From Escherichia coli (GTDB lineage: Bacteria; Pseudomonadota; Gammaproteobacteria; Enterobacterales; Enterobacteriaceae), in assembly GCF_003991155.1 (NCBI RefSeq), contig NZ_CP031294.1: a stretch of 64,000 bases of DNA, one strand, 5' to 3'. Positions 8,401 through 16,828 of the stretch are shown here, piece after piece. The first letter of the stretch is position 1; each line of letters starts with the position of its first letter. The translations under genes and the position numbers were made by a program. The notes under the pieces are model-generated. The model worked only from the letters and a program-made list of their open reading frames with translations, did no database searches and was not told the origin of the DNA.

Positions 8401-9460
8401 CGGAAGCAGACCTCGCTGCTGCGCTGGCCTGTTCAGTGGCTTCGCCAGCCTTCGTTGTGGCTGTTGAAGCAGACGATGCGGCACTTTCTGCCGATTTTCC
8501 GGCGGCGGTGGCACTGGCTGAGGCCTGCCCGGCACTTGTTGACGCGGCACTGGCAGACGACGCAGCCGCTGTTTTTGAGCCTGCCGCAGCTGAGGCACTC
8601 TGTGCTGCTGCCGTCTCAGAAGACTTAGCGTTCGTCTCGGACGTTTTTGCCGCCTTCGCGGAATTGCCTGCCGCTGTTGCCGAGGAGGCTGCACTACTGG
8701 CGCTCAAGGATGCGTTCGTTTCTGATGATTTCGCTGCCTCTTTTGAGGCCGCCGCATCCCGGACTGAGGTGGCAGCTTCTGACGCTTTCGTGGTCGCGGT
8801 GGATGCAGAAGTGGCTGCTGATTGTTGTGACGCTGCGGCATTCGTTTCAGATTTTTTCGCAGCAGTTGCACTCGCACTTGCGGCACTTTGTGAGGATGCC
8901 GCAGCGGATGCACTTTGAGACGCTTGAGAGGCTTTTTCTCCAGCGGTATTGGCGCTTTCTGCTGCTGCGGCAGCACTGGCCGCCGCCTCACGAGCTTTGT
9001 CGCCAGCAGCATCAATCGCGTCAGTGTTATTTTTATACCACTCAACGTTTTCGTTGTGCTCGTTGACGATCTGCATTAGCGGCTTAACGGTTACTTCTGT
9101 ACCGTCTTCACGCTCGATTGTCACCTCATCCAGAGCAGTCAACCAACTGCGCATAGACTTGGAATCAGCCGACATACGCGACATTAGTGCTGTAAAGCGC
9201 GCGCTAAACTGTGTTAAGTCGCCTTCATAGGTCGTAATGATTCGGCACGGAACCTCAGACTGAGTTTCGCCGGTATAAGGTTCTGAGAGAACAATATTCG
9301 TATCGCTTATTACGCGCTTGATCTCATACAGCTTATTGTCGGGGCCAATGACGATCATCCCCGGCAACACACCATTAGCTGTTACGTTCCAGGCTGTCCC
9401 TGCCCCAACCAGAGTATTGCTACCCTGTGTAAATGTGATAGTACCTTCCCTGTACCACAT
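5432..9460 (-). CDS. side tail fibre (lambda Stf-like collar, fibre repeats, two tip-like domains)
   Basis: 1342 aa. The Ala/Ser-rich segment ...AAKTSETNAAASQQSAATSASTATTKASEAATS...KGVVKLSSAVDSTSESLAATPKAVK matches the lambda Stf collar from memory. There are 5 copies of GNA(A/S)TATKLQTAR-x-I-x-GV-x-FDGS. Confidence 0.9.
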   Translation of the reverse strand: MWYREGTITFTQGSNTLVGAGTAWNVTANGVLPGMIVIGPDNKLYEIKRVISDTNIVLSEPYTGETQSEVPCRIITTYEGDLTQFSARFTALMSRMSADSKSMRSWLTALDEVTIEREDGTEVTVKPLMQIVNEHNENVEWYKNNTDAIDAAGDKAREAAASAAAAAESANTAGEKASQASQSASAAASSQSAASASATAAKKSETNAAASQQSAATSASTATTKASEAATSVRDAAASKEAAKSSETNASLSASSAASSATAAGNSAKAAKTSETNAKSSETAAAQSASAAAGSKTAAASSASAASTSAGQASASATAAGKSAESAASSASTATTKAGEATEQASAAARSASAAKTSETNAKASETSAESSKTAAASSASSAASSASSASASKDEATRQASAAKGSATTASTKATEAAGSATAASQSKTAAESAATRAEAAADRAEEIAGAVAMEDASLTTKGVVKLSSAVDSTSESLAATPKAVKAANDNANSRVPSNRKVNGKALTADITLTPKDIGTLNSVTMSFSGGAGWFKLATVTMPQASSIVYIALIGGAGYNVGSPHQAGISELVLRAGNGNPKGITGALWKRTAVGLTNFAWINTSGDTYDIYVEIGNYATRVNIHWDCTANATVSIYTSPTYSASKPSSVTDGVVYTMYSSHQKPTPSDIGALPTTGGTVSGPLSVTGGLTGSLNGNASTATKLQTARSIGGVGFDGSANINLPGVNTTGNQNTTGNAATATKLQTARTIGGVSFDGTANINLPGVNTTGNQNTTGNAATATKLQTARTINGVSFDGSANISLSPANIGCPASPTGWLTTGSNGGAITTAQLVTLLQNNGAFNTKSWIARCAWAYANSATIPNSETGCGVIPLAGAVIEVFNNGSSSNNYTIRITTATTTSVSGALTNAEFIYVFNGTDYSPGWRRVYNTKNKPTASDVGALPLTGGTLSGGLTSSGEIISKYANGFRIAYGSFGFFIRNDGSNTYFMLTASGDTLGSWNGLRPITINNTSGAVSIGNGLNVTGGVNGSLNGNASTATKLQTARNINGVKFDGSGDININTLVSRGRVTALSGSAQGTAGIQMYEAYSNSYPTTYGNVLHMKGASAAGEGELLIGWSGTSGAHAPVFIRSRRDTTDAAWSAWAQVYTAKDSIPGVNTTGNQNTTGNAATATKLQTARKIAGVAFDGSADITLTAANLNAYTKTEVTNLLSSYVKSSALPSMTVRTSSVSGGDMGMSLSTFISHLKSNGAFSKSYWIGFGDAMGFNAGSINNITGFGAVELAESIIEVFNLPNGDYTIRLTTSHKADYGGVTNAILVYHYRSNRSPSGQWLKFAGTVGATSN

Positions 9461-9504
9461 GTTGAATATGCTCCTTGATTTGGCGGGTTATCCTTGCCCG
9501 CCAT

Positions 9505-9523
9505 TAAGTAAATACTTACCTAT
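9505..9523 (-). promoter_or_regulatory. L-type dyad motif
   Basis: TAAGTA-aa-TACTTA palindrome followed by CCTAT, upstream of the tail fibre gene. A GGCGGG/CCCGCC hairpin (9482-9502) lies between it and the ATG. Confidence 0.45.
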
Positions 9524-9553
9524 TTTTACCGATATAAAATTTTTTTTCCACCA

Positions 9554-12500
9554 TCACAGACGGCCAATTCTTACTCGTAGGACGTTGTTATCGTCATAAA
9601 CGTCAATCCGCTGACCATTTATAACCAATCTCCCATTGCCGCCGCTATTACCGTTGATCTCAAGCGTTCCATTTTTGCCGAACCGCCATCCAGATCTACC
9701 GCTAACAAAATTGGTAGATTGCAGATCGCCTACTTTTGCATTGGTGATTGTGCCATCCTTGATATACGCTCCATTCATATAGGCGATACTGTTTTCGATA
9801 ACAAATGGCGTTGTGATCTTCCCGTTAACAGAGTTGACCAAACCAAACCTGTCCGCCTGAACCAAAAACTGAGATAGCCCAGTGGTGTCAATACCAAGCG
9901 CAATACCGGCAACATACTTCTGCCCTCCGCTCGTTGAAGTCTCCATTTTCAACGTCCACGCGGTTGATACTTTTTTGTTGGTATCAGCAATAGCTGTTGC
10001 CTGCTGTTGAATTGTCGCGGTATTTCCATCCACCTCTGCTTTCAGAGTATCGATTCGCCCACTCAGAGCATTATCTGCCTGCGTTCTCGCTGTCGTTTCA
10101 GTTGTGACCGCCGCAGAAATGTTGGCTGCTGTTTGAGACTCTAAGTTTGTGATTTGAGTCGCCAATGCAGCATCTTGCTCTGTACGCGTTTTCGTTTCGG
10201 TTGCTACAGCCGCTTTAATATCCTCTTTGTATTGAGAGGTCAGCTTGGTGATCTGAGACGACAACGCCGAGTCAGCATCAGTTCGAGCCTGCGTTTCAAC
10301 TGCAACGGCCGCACTAATATCTTTCGCTGTCTGTGCTTTTAAACTTGAAACCTCTTTTGTTAAAGCGGTATCACCATCTGCACGAGCCGTTGTTTCTCTG
10401 GCAAGAGACGCCTCGAGATCATTAGCTTTTGCTGTAAGAGACGTAATCTGGGTAGACAATGCACTATCGGCATCAGTCCTTGCTTTTGTCTCTACAGCAA
10501 CCGCTGCGGCAATATCAGTTCCGGTTTGTGCTCGCAGGCTGTTAATTTCTCGTGAGAGCGCCTGGTCAGCACTTGCTCTGGCCTCCTGCTCCTGAGTGAT
10601 GGCCGCGGATATATCACCGTCAACCTTTGACTGAAGCTGGTTTATTTGTTTGGCTAACGCAGAGTCCCCGCTTGCTCGGGCCTCCTGCTCACTACGTATT
10701 GCAGCAGAAATATCATCATCAACCTTTGCCTGAAGTTGGGTGATCTGGCTTGCCAGAGCCGAATCTTCCGTTGCTCGGGCTTCTTGCTCTTCCTTAATAG
10801 CTGCGACGATATCGTTGCTTACTTTCGACTCAAGCTGAGTGATCTGTGTCGTCAGAGCTTCATCGGCAGATGTACGAGCCTCCTGCTCTGTACTAATCGC
10901 CGCGCTGATATCTCCTTCAAACTTAGATTGCAGCTGAGTGACACGCTTTGCCAACGCTTCATCGCCATCGGCACGAGCGGTGGACTCTTCCAGAATACTG
11001 GCCTTAATGTCTTCGCCAATTTCTACGCGAATTTCCTCAACCTTCGTGGCCATTGCAGACATATCATCAGCAAAGGTTTTCTGTGTTGTTGCGATCTTCG
11101 CGTTATTGACCATCTGCTTGTGCTGGTCTTCATCTTGACGAAGAGCCAGGTCAATATTTGTTTTGGCTAACGCCTCAATGTTCGTAGTCAGTTCTGCACT
11201 GGCACGATCGACCTCTGCAACCGTCTTTTTCATTTCTTCAACGGCAGCGGAGCTTTCCTCTACCGTTGACTGCAACACTTCCAGTTGTTTAGCGTTTGCA
11301 GCATCGCCTTCAACACGAGCCTCGCTTTCCTTAGCAATAAGAGCCGCCGCTTCATCTCTTGCAGCCTTTATTGCCTCGACTGTATTAGCGAGAGCTTTAT
11401 CGTGTTCAGATACGGTGTTTTCGATTTCAACAATTGCAGCATCAGTAGCATCAATTTTTTCAAACGCTTCATTGACCTTGTCGATCGTTGCCGAAACCTC
11501 ACCTTTAAGCTCGGTTTGTGCGTTCTCCAAAGCATCGCTACGCTCGTTGAATTTTATTTCAAAATCCGCGAGGTTATCGCTGAACTGCTTATCTAATTCA
11601 GCTATATCTTCCTTAACGTCGTTTACCGCCCCCTCCAAAGATTCGACGCTCTGGTTGATATGCTCATTTAACTCGTCAACTGCTTCTTGAGAGGCTTTGC
11701 TGTTGATGTCCTCAAGCAGAGCCTGACCAAGCTCGGAAGATGTAATTTTGCCAGTCAGGAACGACAGTACATCGCGAGTTGTCGCCTCTGTACCCAAGTT
11801 TGAGTTCGGAGGACTTAACATACCTCGCTTGTTCGATGCTCGAACCCAGTAATACCACGTTTCGCTATCCCCAAGACCAGCATGTGTAAAGGTGGTGCTT
11901 GCAGACTCTGCGATCAGTTTCGCCGTATCCAGATTGTTGGTCTGGGATGCGTAAACATTAATGTGATCAAGGTCTACCGAATCTGGATTAACCCAATTCA
12001 GTATCACATTACGATAGTCTCCAACGGCCGTTAATGACGTTGGGGCATCCGGCGGTGTCATTGTGCCCAACACCTGATAAACGGTACTGATAATCTCTGT
12101 TTTTTTACCGTTGAATGAAACCGCATACAGCTGGAAGTCGTAGCGTCCATTCTCCGCGACATTAACGATTTCGTATTGCTCTTCGGTTACACGCGCCGAT
12201 TGCCAGTTCGATACATTGTTTTCATCAGAACGTCGCCAACTGATCCAATACTCTGGAGATTTCCCTTCCCATGTTGCAGTCAGTTTTACTGACAGGTTGC
12301 CCGGGCTTGAGAGATAAGTCCCTTCAGTGATTTGCAGATTAGATGGCTTGGAGTAAGTTGGGTCCAATACCGTCGTATTCTGCGGGATCAGCGTTGCACC
12401 ATTGTCGATTGCCTCATATTTAGACGGATTGTTCTCAACAGCGGTGATGTCAAAGCTACCCGGCGTTTCCCCTTGCGCGATGTTAACGATGCGAACGCGC

Positions 12501-14287
12501 ATAGGTTCGAGGTCTGGTTCTGTAATAGTCCAGACGCCGTTCAAAACAGGCGTTTCAGCCGAAGACAGGGCTTTTGAAAACGTAACTTTTGTTATATTTT
12601 CGCCAGTTTCAAGAACATCGCGTTCAACGATTTTGCCTTCCTGATTCAGTATTCGAATAAAGCAGCCGCCTTTGGCTAACGACACAGGCGCATCGAGTGT
12701 GACGCTGTTTTTGGTAAACGCCACAATTCGACCTGAGTTACGTTTGCCTGCGCGATATTTGTTCTGAATCAGAACGGTTTCACCAGGCATCAGAAATGAC
12801 GCGTCTAAGCCGGCAGTAAATGTAATTACATCCGACTCCATTCTGGCGGTATATAAAAGCCACAAACCAACTCGGTGAGCCTGCCCTCGGCTTGTACAGC
12901 CAAATGCTACGACTTCTGTTTTACGCTCACCATAACGGCGCATTGCGTCCTGATCTTCGACGTACTCGATGTTTTGCTTATAACCGTCCTCCTTGTTGTT
13001 GTAGGTTACGAGCGCAACGGATGGGCGATCTTTACGCGCAGAACCTTTATAGGTAAACAATCCATCTTTGACGTTAGAGTTGGTAAACATCATTACCGGA
13101 TCTGATGGGCTATCCTGCATGATGTTAACCATCCCACCAGCCCAAAACACCATGCCGCGGAATGCTCCGGCAATATCCTGAATTAGCCGGTATGCGTCCT
13201 GTCGACTGGTGATCTGCGTATTGATTGCAAAGCGTTTCTCTTTGCCACCAAAGCCATCATCGACCTCTTCGTCACAATATCGACCAATCTGGTACAACTG
13301 GCCAAGGTCAATCATAGATTCCGACACATACTGACCAAGGCCATATCGAGCATTGGTCAGCAAATCAAAGAGAATCCACGCGGGGTTCGAAGAAGACAAC
13401 AGCTTAAAAGTGCCATCCCATACCCCAGCGTAAGTGTTACTGGACTCGTTATAGTTTGAAGGTACTCGAATTTTTAGGCCACGCACCAGATAAGAGCGAG
13501 ATGGCATGGTGCTGCCGAATTGCTCAGAGTTTACCTTCAATCCAACCAAAACAGAGTTTGGATAGTTCATCGGTGTATCGACAATTTCCCCGATTGAATC
13601 CACCCATGTATCGTTATAGAGATACTGGCTACTGTTATCATCGGTAATACGGACCACACGAACCTTGTATGCTCGTCCAGGCTTAGGCAGCTTCAGCTCA
13701 TAGCTACGGTAATAAACGCCGGTCTTCTTTGCTGTTAGCTTAATGCCAACGCTTTTTTCACCTTCAGCGACCACATCTACAAATGTTGAGTCGCCATTTG
13801 CTATCTGGAACTTGTACTCAACAGTCGTACCGTTCGTGTCACCAGTTTTTTTATCTATGCTTCGCAAAGAAGGAAACTTCATGATGACACGAACCCGATC
13901 AGCTTCATCGTTATCGATTGAAACCGTTACATAATGTGTTTTTTTTAACTGGATATTGACGGATTTAGGCGTTTCAACGAAATCAAAGCCAGACATTGGA
14001 GTCTGGTCTTGTGAACCGTCGCGAAAATCCCATGTGATTCCGCTGAAGTTGGAGGAACCGTCTTCATTTACAATCGGCAGATCGTCGATAAAAATAGATC
14101 TTGCGCCATTTACTAAGCCGCCAATTACCCCTTCCCCAAGAAGATCGAGGATAGCGGCCATTGCACGAGAATTTACGGTATCGTCGGCTTCAACCGGTGT
14201 ACGGCTGGAGCTTTTGCTGCTTTTTTTACCACCCGCACCGGCAATAAACAGCGGTAGCTTTTTCTTCTTGAACTGTTCCATGTTCAA
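9554..14287 (-). CDS. central tail fibre/host-specificity protein (lambda gpJ-like) with a long coiled-coil insertion
   Basis: 1577 aa. N-terminal two thirds are colinear with lambda J (e.g. YPNSVLVGLKVNSEQFGS, FGCTSRGQAHRVGLWLL, fibronectin-like region). The C-terminus keeps the KYVAGIALG...SQFLVQADRF block but lacks the lambda receptor-binding end. Confidence 0.9.
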   Translation of the reverse strand: MNMEQFKKKKLPLFIAGAGGKKSSKSSSRTPVEADDTVNSRAMAAILDLLGEGVIGGLVNGARSIFIDDLPIVNEDGSSNFSGITWDFRDGSQDQTPMSGFDFVETPKSVNIQLKKTHYVTVSIDNDEADRVRVIMKFPSLRSIDKKTGDTNGTTVEYKFQIANGDSTFVDVVAEGEKSVGIKLTAKKTGVYYRSYELKLPKPGRAYKVRVVRITDDNSSQYLYNDTWVDSIGEIVDTPMNYPNSVLVGLKVNSEQFGSTMPSRSYLVRGLKIRVPSNYNESSNTYAGVWDGTFKLLSSSNPAWILFDLLTNARYGLGQYVSESMIDLGQLYQIGRYCDEEVDDGFGGKEKRFAINTQITSRQDAYRLIQDIAGAFRGMVFWAGGMVNIMQDSPSDPVMMFTNSNVKDGLFTYKGSARKDRPSVALVTYNNKEDGYKQNIEYVEDQDAMRRYGERKTEVVAFGCTSRGQAHRVGLWLLYTARMESDVITFTAGLDASFLMPGETVLIQNKYRAGKRNSGRIVAFTKNSVTLDAPVSLAKGGCFIRILNQEGKIVERDVLETGENITKVTFSKALSSAETPVLNGVWTITEPDLEPMRVRIVNIAQGETPGSFDITAVENNPSKYEAIDNGATLIPQNTTVLDPTYSKPSNLQITEGTYLSSPGNLSVKLTATWEGKSPEYWISWRRSDENNVSNWQSARVTEEQYEIVNVAENGRYDFQLYAVSFNGKKTEIISTVYQVLGTMTPPDAPTSLTAVGDYRNVILNWVNPDSVDLDHINVYASQTNNLDTAKLIAESASTTFTHAGLGDSETWYYWVRASNKRGMLSPPNSNLGTEATTRDVLSFLTGKITSSELGQALLEDINSKASQEAVDELNEHINQSVESLEGAVNDVKEDIAELDKQFSDNLADFEIKFNERSDALENAQTELKGEVSATIDKVNEAFEKIDATDAAIVEIENTVSEHDKALANTVEAIKAARDEAAALIAKESEARVEGDAANAKQLEVLQSTVEESSAAVEEMKKTVAEVDRASAELTTNIEALAKTNIDLALRQDEDQHKQMVNNAKIATTQKTFADDMSAMATKVEEIRVEIGEDIKASILEESTARADGDEALAKRVTQLQSKFEGDISAAISTEQEARTSADEALTTQITQLESKVSNDIVAAIKEEQEARATEDSALASQITQLQAKVDDDISAAIRSEQEARASGDSALAKQINQLQSKVDGDISAAITQEQEARASADQALSREINSLRAQTGTDIAAAVAVETKARTDADSALSTQITSLTAKANDLEASLARETTARADGDTALTKEVSSLKAQTAKDISAAVAVETQARTDADSALSSQITKLTSQYKEDIKAAVATETKTRTEQDAALATQITNLESQTAANISAAVTTETTARTQADNALSGRIDTLKAEVDGNTATIQQQATAIADTNKKVSTAWTLKMETSTSGGQKYVAGIALGIDTTGLSQFLVQADRFGLVNSVNGKITTPFVIENSIAYMNGAYIKDGTITNAKVGDLQSTNFVSGRSGWRFGKNGTLEINGNSGGNGRLVINGQRIDVYDDNNVLRVRIGRL
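10025..11010 (-). repeat. ten in-frame tandem repeats of 99 nt (33 aa) inside the J-like gene
   Basis: Units such as DISAAISTEQEARTSADEALTTQITQLESKVSN, DIVAAIKEEQEARATEDSALASQITQLQAKVDD and DISAAVAVETQARTDADSALSSQITKLTSQYKE. Confidence 0.85.
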
Positions 14288-14298
14288 AAAATCCTTGT

Positions 14299-14892
14299 TT
14301 ACATTAGCTGGTCAATCGTGATTGAAGAACTCACAACCTGTGAGCCAACCAGAATTTCCTCGCCATAGATAAGTTGTACTGGGTTGCCCTGGTTTTCTGT
14401 ATTTTGAGGGCCGTCGAAATAATAAGAGTTCGAGTTATCTGCCTGTCTCACACTTTCGTTAGTGGCTTGCGGCGATATGATTTGTGATATGCCGCCCATC
14501 ATCAGTGACAAACCGAGAGGTGCTAAAGCAGGCATCACTACCGCCGATACAACCAACAAAGCGGCCCCTACTACCGTCTGAAACCACCCAAAAGCAGATC
14601 CACCGCTTCCTCGCGGAACAGGTGTAATGCGGATTTTGGCAATGTTGTCAGACTGCCCCATCATCTGATATTCACTTTCGTCAACAGACCACTTGTGGCC
14701 CTGTTTATTGGTGATCTGGATGTGGTAACGGTCATAGGTTTTGATATTGCGCTTCATCCATGCTTTAAACCCAGGCTTGTTGGCCTCAATTAAATCCAGA
14801 GCCTGTTTTGTATTGCGCACCTTTAGATGCCAGTGGCGGCCAAAATGTTTGGCCATAGGGCCGCCAAGCTGCACATGAACTAACTCAGACAC
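14299..14892 (-). CDS. tail assembly protein (lambda gpI-like)
   Basis: 197 aa, GTG start overlapping the gpK-like stop. A central hydrophobic Gly/Ala stretch and the C-terminal NPVQLIYGEEILVGSQVVS resemble the lambda I motif VLPVLYGEMRVGSRVVS. Confidence 0.8.
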   Translation of the reverse strand: MSELVHVQLGGPMAKHFGRHWHLKVRNTKQALDLIEANKPGFKAWMKRNIKTYDRYHIQITNKQGHKWSVDESEYQMMGQSDNIAKIRITPVPRGSGGSAFGWFQTVVGAALLVVSAVVMPALAPLGLSLMMGGISQIISPQATNESVRQADNSNSYYFDGPQNTENQGNPVQLIYGEEILVGSQVVSSSITIDQLM

Positions 14893-15677
14893 GTCTCATC
14901 TCCCTTGAGCAAGTCTCTGTGACGCAAGTGATGCGTCGTATGTTTCTGATACATTCCGCCGTAATAAGCACGACAACTAAGACGGTCGATCTGGTGATGA
15001 AGAATCATTCCATCGCCGATATAAACCGCGCAGTGATCTGGCATTTTCCCGTATTGAATAAAGAAGACGTCCCCACGTTGAGGCTCTGTTCCAGGTGCAA
15101 GCCGTACCAATCCCTCGTTTCGGTAGTTCTGGTCGAGAATGTCGTTATCGCCGGTGTACCACGATGGAATATGCAGGTGTGCGTTCGGGTTAAGCTCGAC
15201 GTTAAACTCACGCTTCAAATAGTCCCGACACAACATCCAGCAATCGAATACGCCAAATACATACGGTCTACCCAGGTATGGCATTTCGAAACCATCAGGT
15301 GTGATCACATTCATCTCGCTAAAATGGAAAGGGGCATCTCCCTCAACATTCTTGCGAATAGCCAGAATCATCCACGGAACTTCCGTCGCTTCACAGCCTG
15401 CACGATCGGCATCAGATGCTTCTGCTGATTCATCAGTATGTGAATGCCAGATTGCGATTACGTCACCTGCATCCTCTGCCGCCATAATGTCGTCAACGTG
15501 CATTACAAAAGTGTTCTGCGGGTTCTCCGAAACATTTCGCGCTTCCATAAAGCGATATTTGTCGCCATTAGTTCTCACCAGAAAGCCACACGCTTCATTA
15601 GGGTAGCGATTTATGGCGCAGAGATAGATTTGCTGCATAACATCAGAGCCAAGCTCAGGGATTGCTTTATTACCCAT
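14880..15677 (-). CDS. tail tip assembly protein (lambda gpK-like; JAB/MPN + NlpC/P60)
   Basis: JAMM motif HSHTDESAEASDAD (HxHx7SxxD) followed by a Cys-containing NlpC/P60-like half (FDCWMLCRDY). The ORF-track start is TTG; the ATG at 15677 (GGAG 9 nt upstream) overlaps the gpL-like stop. Confidence 0.8.
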   Translation of the reverse strand: MGNKAIPELGSDVMQQIYLCAINRYPNEACGFLVRTNGDKYRFMEARNVSENPQNTFVMHVDDIMAAEDAGDVIAIWHSHTDESAEASDADRAGCEATEVPWMILAIRKNVEGDAPFHFSEMNVITPDGFEMPYLGRPYVFGVFDCWMLCRDYLKREFNVELNPNAHLHIPSWYTGDNDILDQNYRNEGLVRLAPGTEPQRGDVFFIQYGKMPDHCAVYIGDGMILHHQIDRLSCRAYYGGMYQKHTTHHLRHRDLLKGDETCLS

Positions 15678-16368
15678 ATCGCGTAGCTCCAATAAACCCG
15701 CCAAAATGGATCACTCCGTTGGCAAAATAATTCCGACGCGCATTACAGGCGTCATAACGTTTTGTGCAGTAATCAGCACCAGACATAGACGTCTGCTGGT
15801 TATTTTTGTCGAAATATGGACCGGTATAGCCGCATTCTGGCCCTCGGTATTTCCACGGGCAGGTGTTTTTAATGATCTGACGATACGGCAGTTGCACCCC
15901 CATCAAATCGAACACACTGGACAATTCAAACTCGACAACCTGATGAGTTTCGAGAGTTTTCTGTTCGATAAACCACATTTCATCCGGGAAATGTTGGTTT
16001 GGATCTGCTGTTGGGTTGCCGTCTTTAAAATTAACGGCATCGAGGAAGCGAGCCAGCGTCATCTTGCGAATAATGCGGCAGCCAACAAGATCGTCGTTCG
16101 CCTGAACTTCCGCAGAGACGGTTCCGGCAAAGTTCGATACCTGAATTTTTGGACGTGGCAACGTTCCCTGGCCAGTTTTGTCAAAGCCTGATGCTTTGAT
16201 TGGCCACGGCTCGTATGTCACTCCTTGCCAGACGACCGGTTGCATCAGTTCGTTTGTTCCGGCGTGGAAGAATAACTTCCCCCCTGAAGTTGTGTTCGAC
16301 ATATCCAGTACGAACAACTCAATGAGTGCAGAGGGAGATAAGCTCTGAATATCAGCTTTAATTCCCAT
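15670..16368 (-). CDS. minor tail protein (lambda gpL-like)
   Basis: Shares ARFLDAVNF, NTCPWKYRGPECGY and a C-terminal Cys cluster with lambda L. Start set to ATG 16368 (AAGGA 7 nt upstream). Confidence 0.85.
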   Translation of the reverse strand: MGIKADIQSLSPSALIELFVLDMSNTTSGGKLFFHAGTNELMQPVVWQGVTYEPWPIKASGFDKTGQGTLPRPKIQVSNFAGTVSAEVQANDDLVGCRIIRKMTLARFLDAVNFKDGNPTADPNQHFPDEMWFIEQKTLETHQVVEFELSSVFDLMGVQLPYRQIIKNTCPWKYRGPECGYTGPYFDKNNQQTSMSGADYCTKRYDACNARRNYFANGVIHFGGFIGATRYG

Positions 16369-16418
16369 TGTTTCATCCTTGAAATAAGTAGGCGCTAACA
16401 TCCTGTCAGCGCCACAAT

Positions 16419-16445
16419 GATAGTAAATTAGTACTTACTTATCCA
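16419..16445 (-). promoter_or_regulatory. L-type dyad motif
   Basis: The gene strand reads GGATAAGTAAGTACTAATTTACTATCAT, upstream of the gpL-like gene. Confidence 0.4.
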
Positions 16446-16450
16446 GATAC

Positions 16451-16786
16451 TTAAGCCTCAAATACTTGTCTGAATGTAGCAGTTAAGACACAGTACCCCT
16501 GATATCGCTTGACCGTATGACTGTCACATACAACTACAATCCGTTTTCCTCTTGGATTAACCCAATAGAACGACTCAACGCCTGCTCGCTCAGTCAGGAA
16601 GTCATCGATTGCATTAATTTCGTTGTATGATCTGGTAAAGGTTAACGACCATTCTTCTTTAATACGATTAAGACCTTGAGCCTGTCGCTGCTCGTAGTCA
16701 TCACCAAAATTAAGTACCGTTACATTCGGTTTTACGCTTTTTTCAGATTCGTAATCTGGATACCAATTAAACGTTTGTCTTTCCAT
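16451..16786 (-). CDS. minor tail protein (lambda gpM-like)
   Basis: 111 aa. FGDDYEQRQAQGLN matches the lambda M motif FGDGYSQRAPAGLN. Confidence 0.8.
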   Translation of the reverse strand: MERQTFNWYPDYESEKSVKPNVTVLNFGDDYEQRQAQGLNRIKEEWSLTFTRSYNEINAIDDFLTERAGVESFYWVNPRGKRIVVVCDSHTVKRYQGYCVLTATFRQVFEA

Positions 16787-16828
16787 CTCACATCCTTGTG
16801 AGACTGCCCCGGTCGGGGCAGTCGATAG

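Noticed and set aside
8062-9066. Cluster of 100-230-aa ORFs in several frames on both strands (8062..8694, 8086..8628, 8223..8918, 8647..9066, 8704..9045)
   Set aside because: All lie inside the Ala/Ser-rich collar of the tail fibre gene. Low-complexity GCN/AGC repeats keep every frame open. The products are nonsense-like (R/Q/P or A/D/F-rich).
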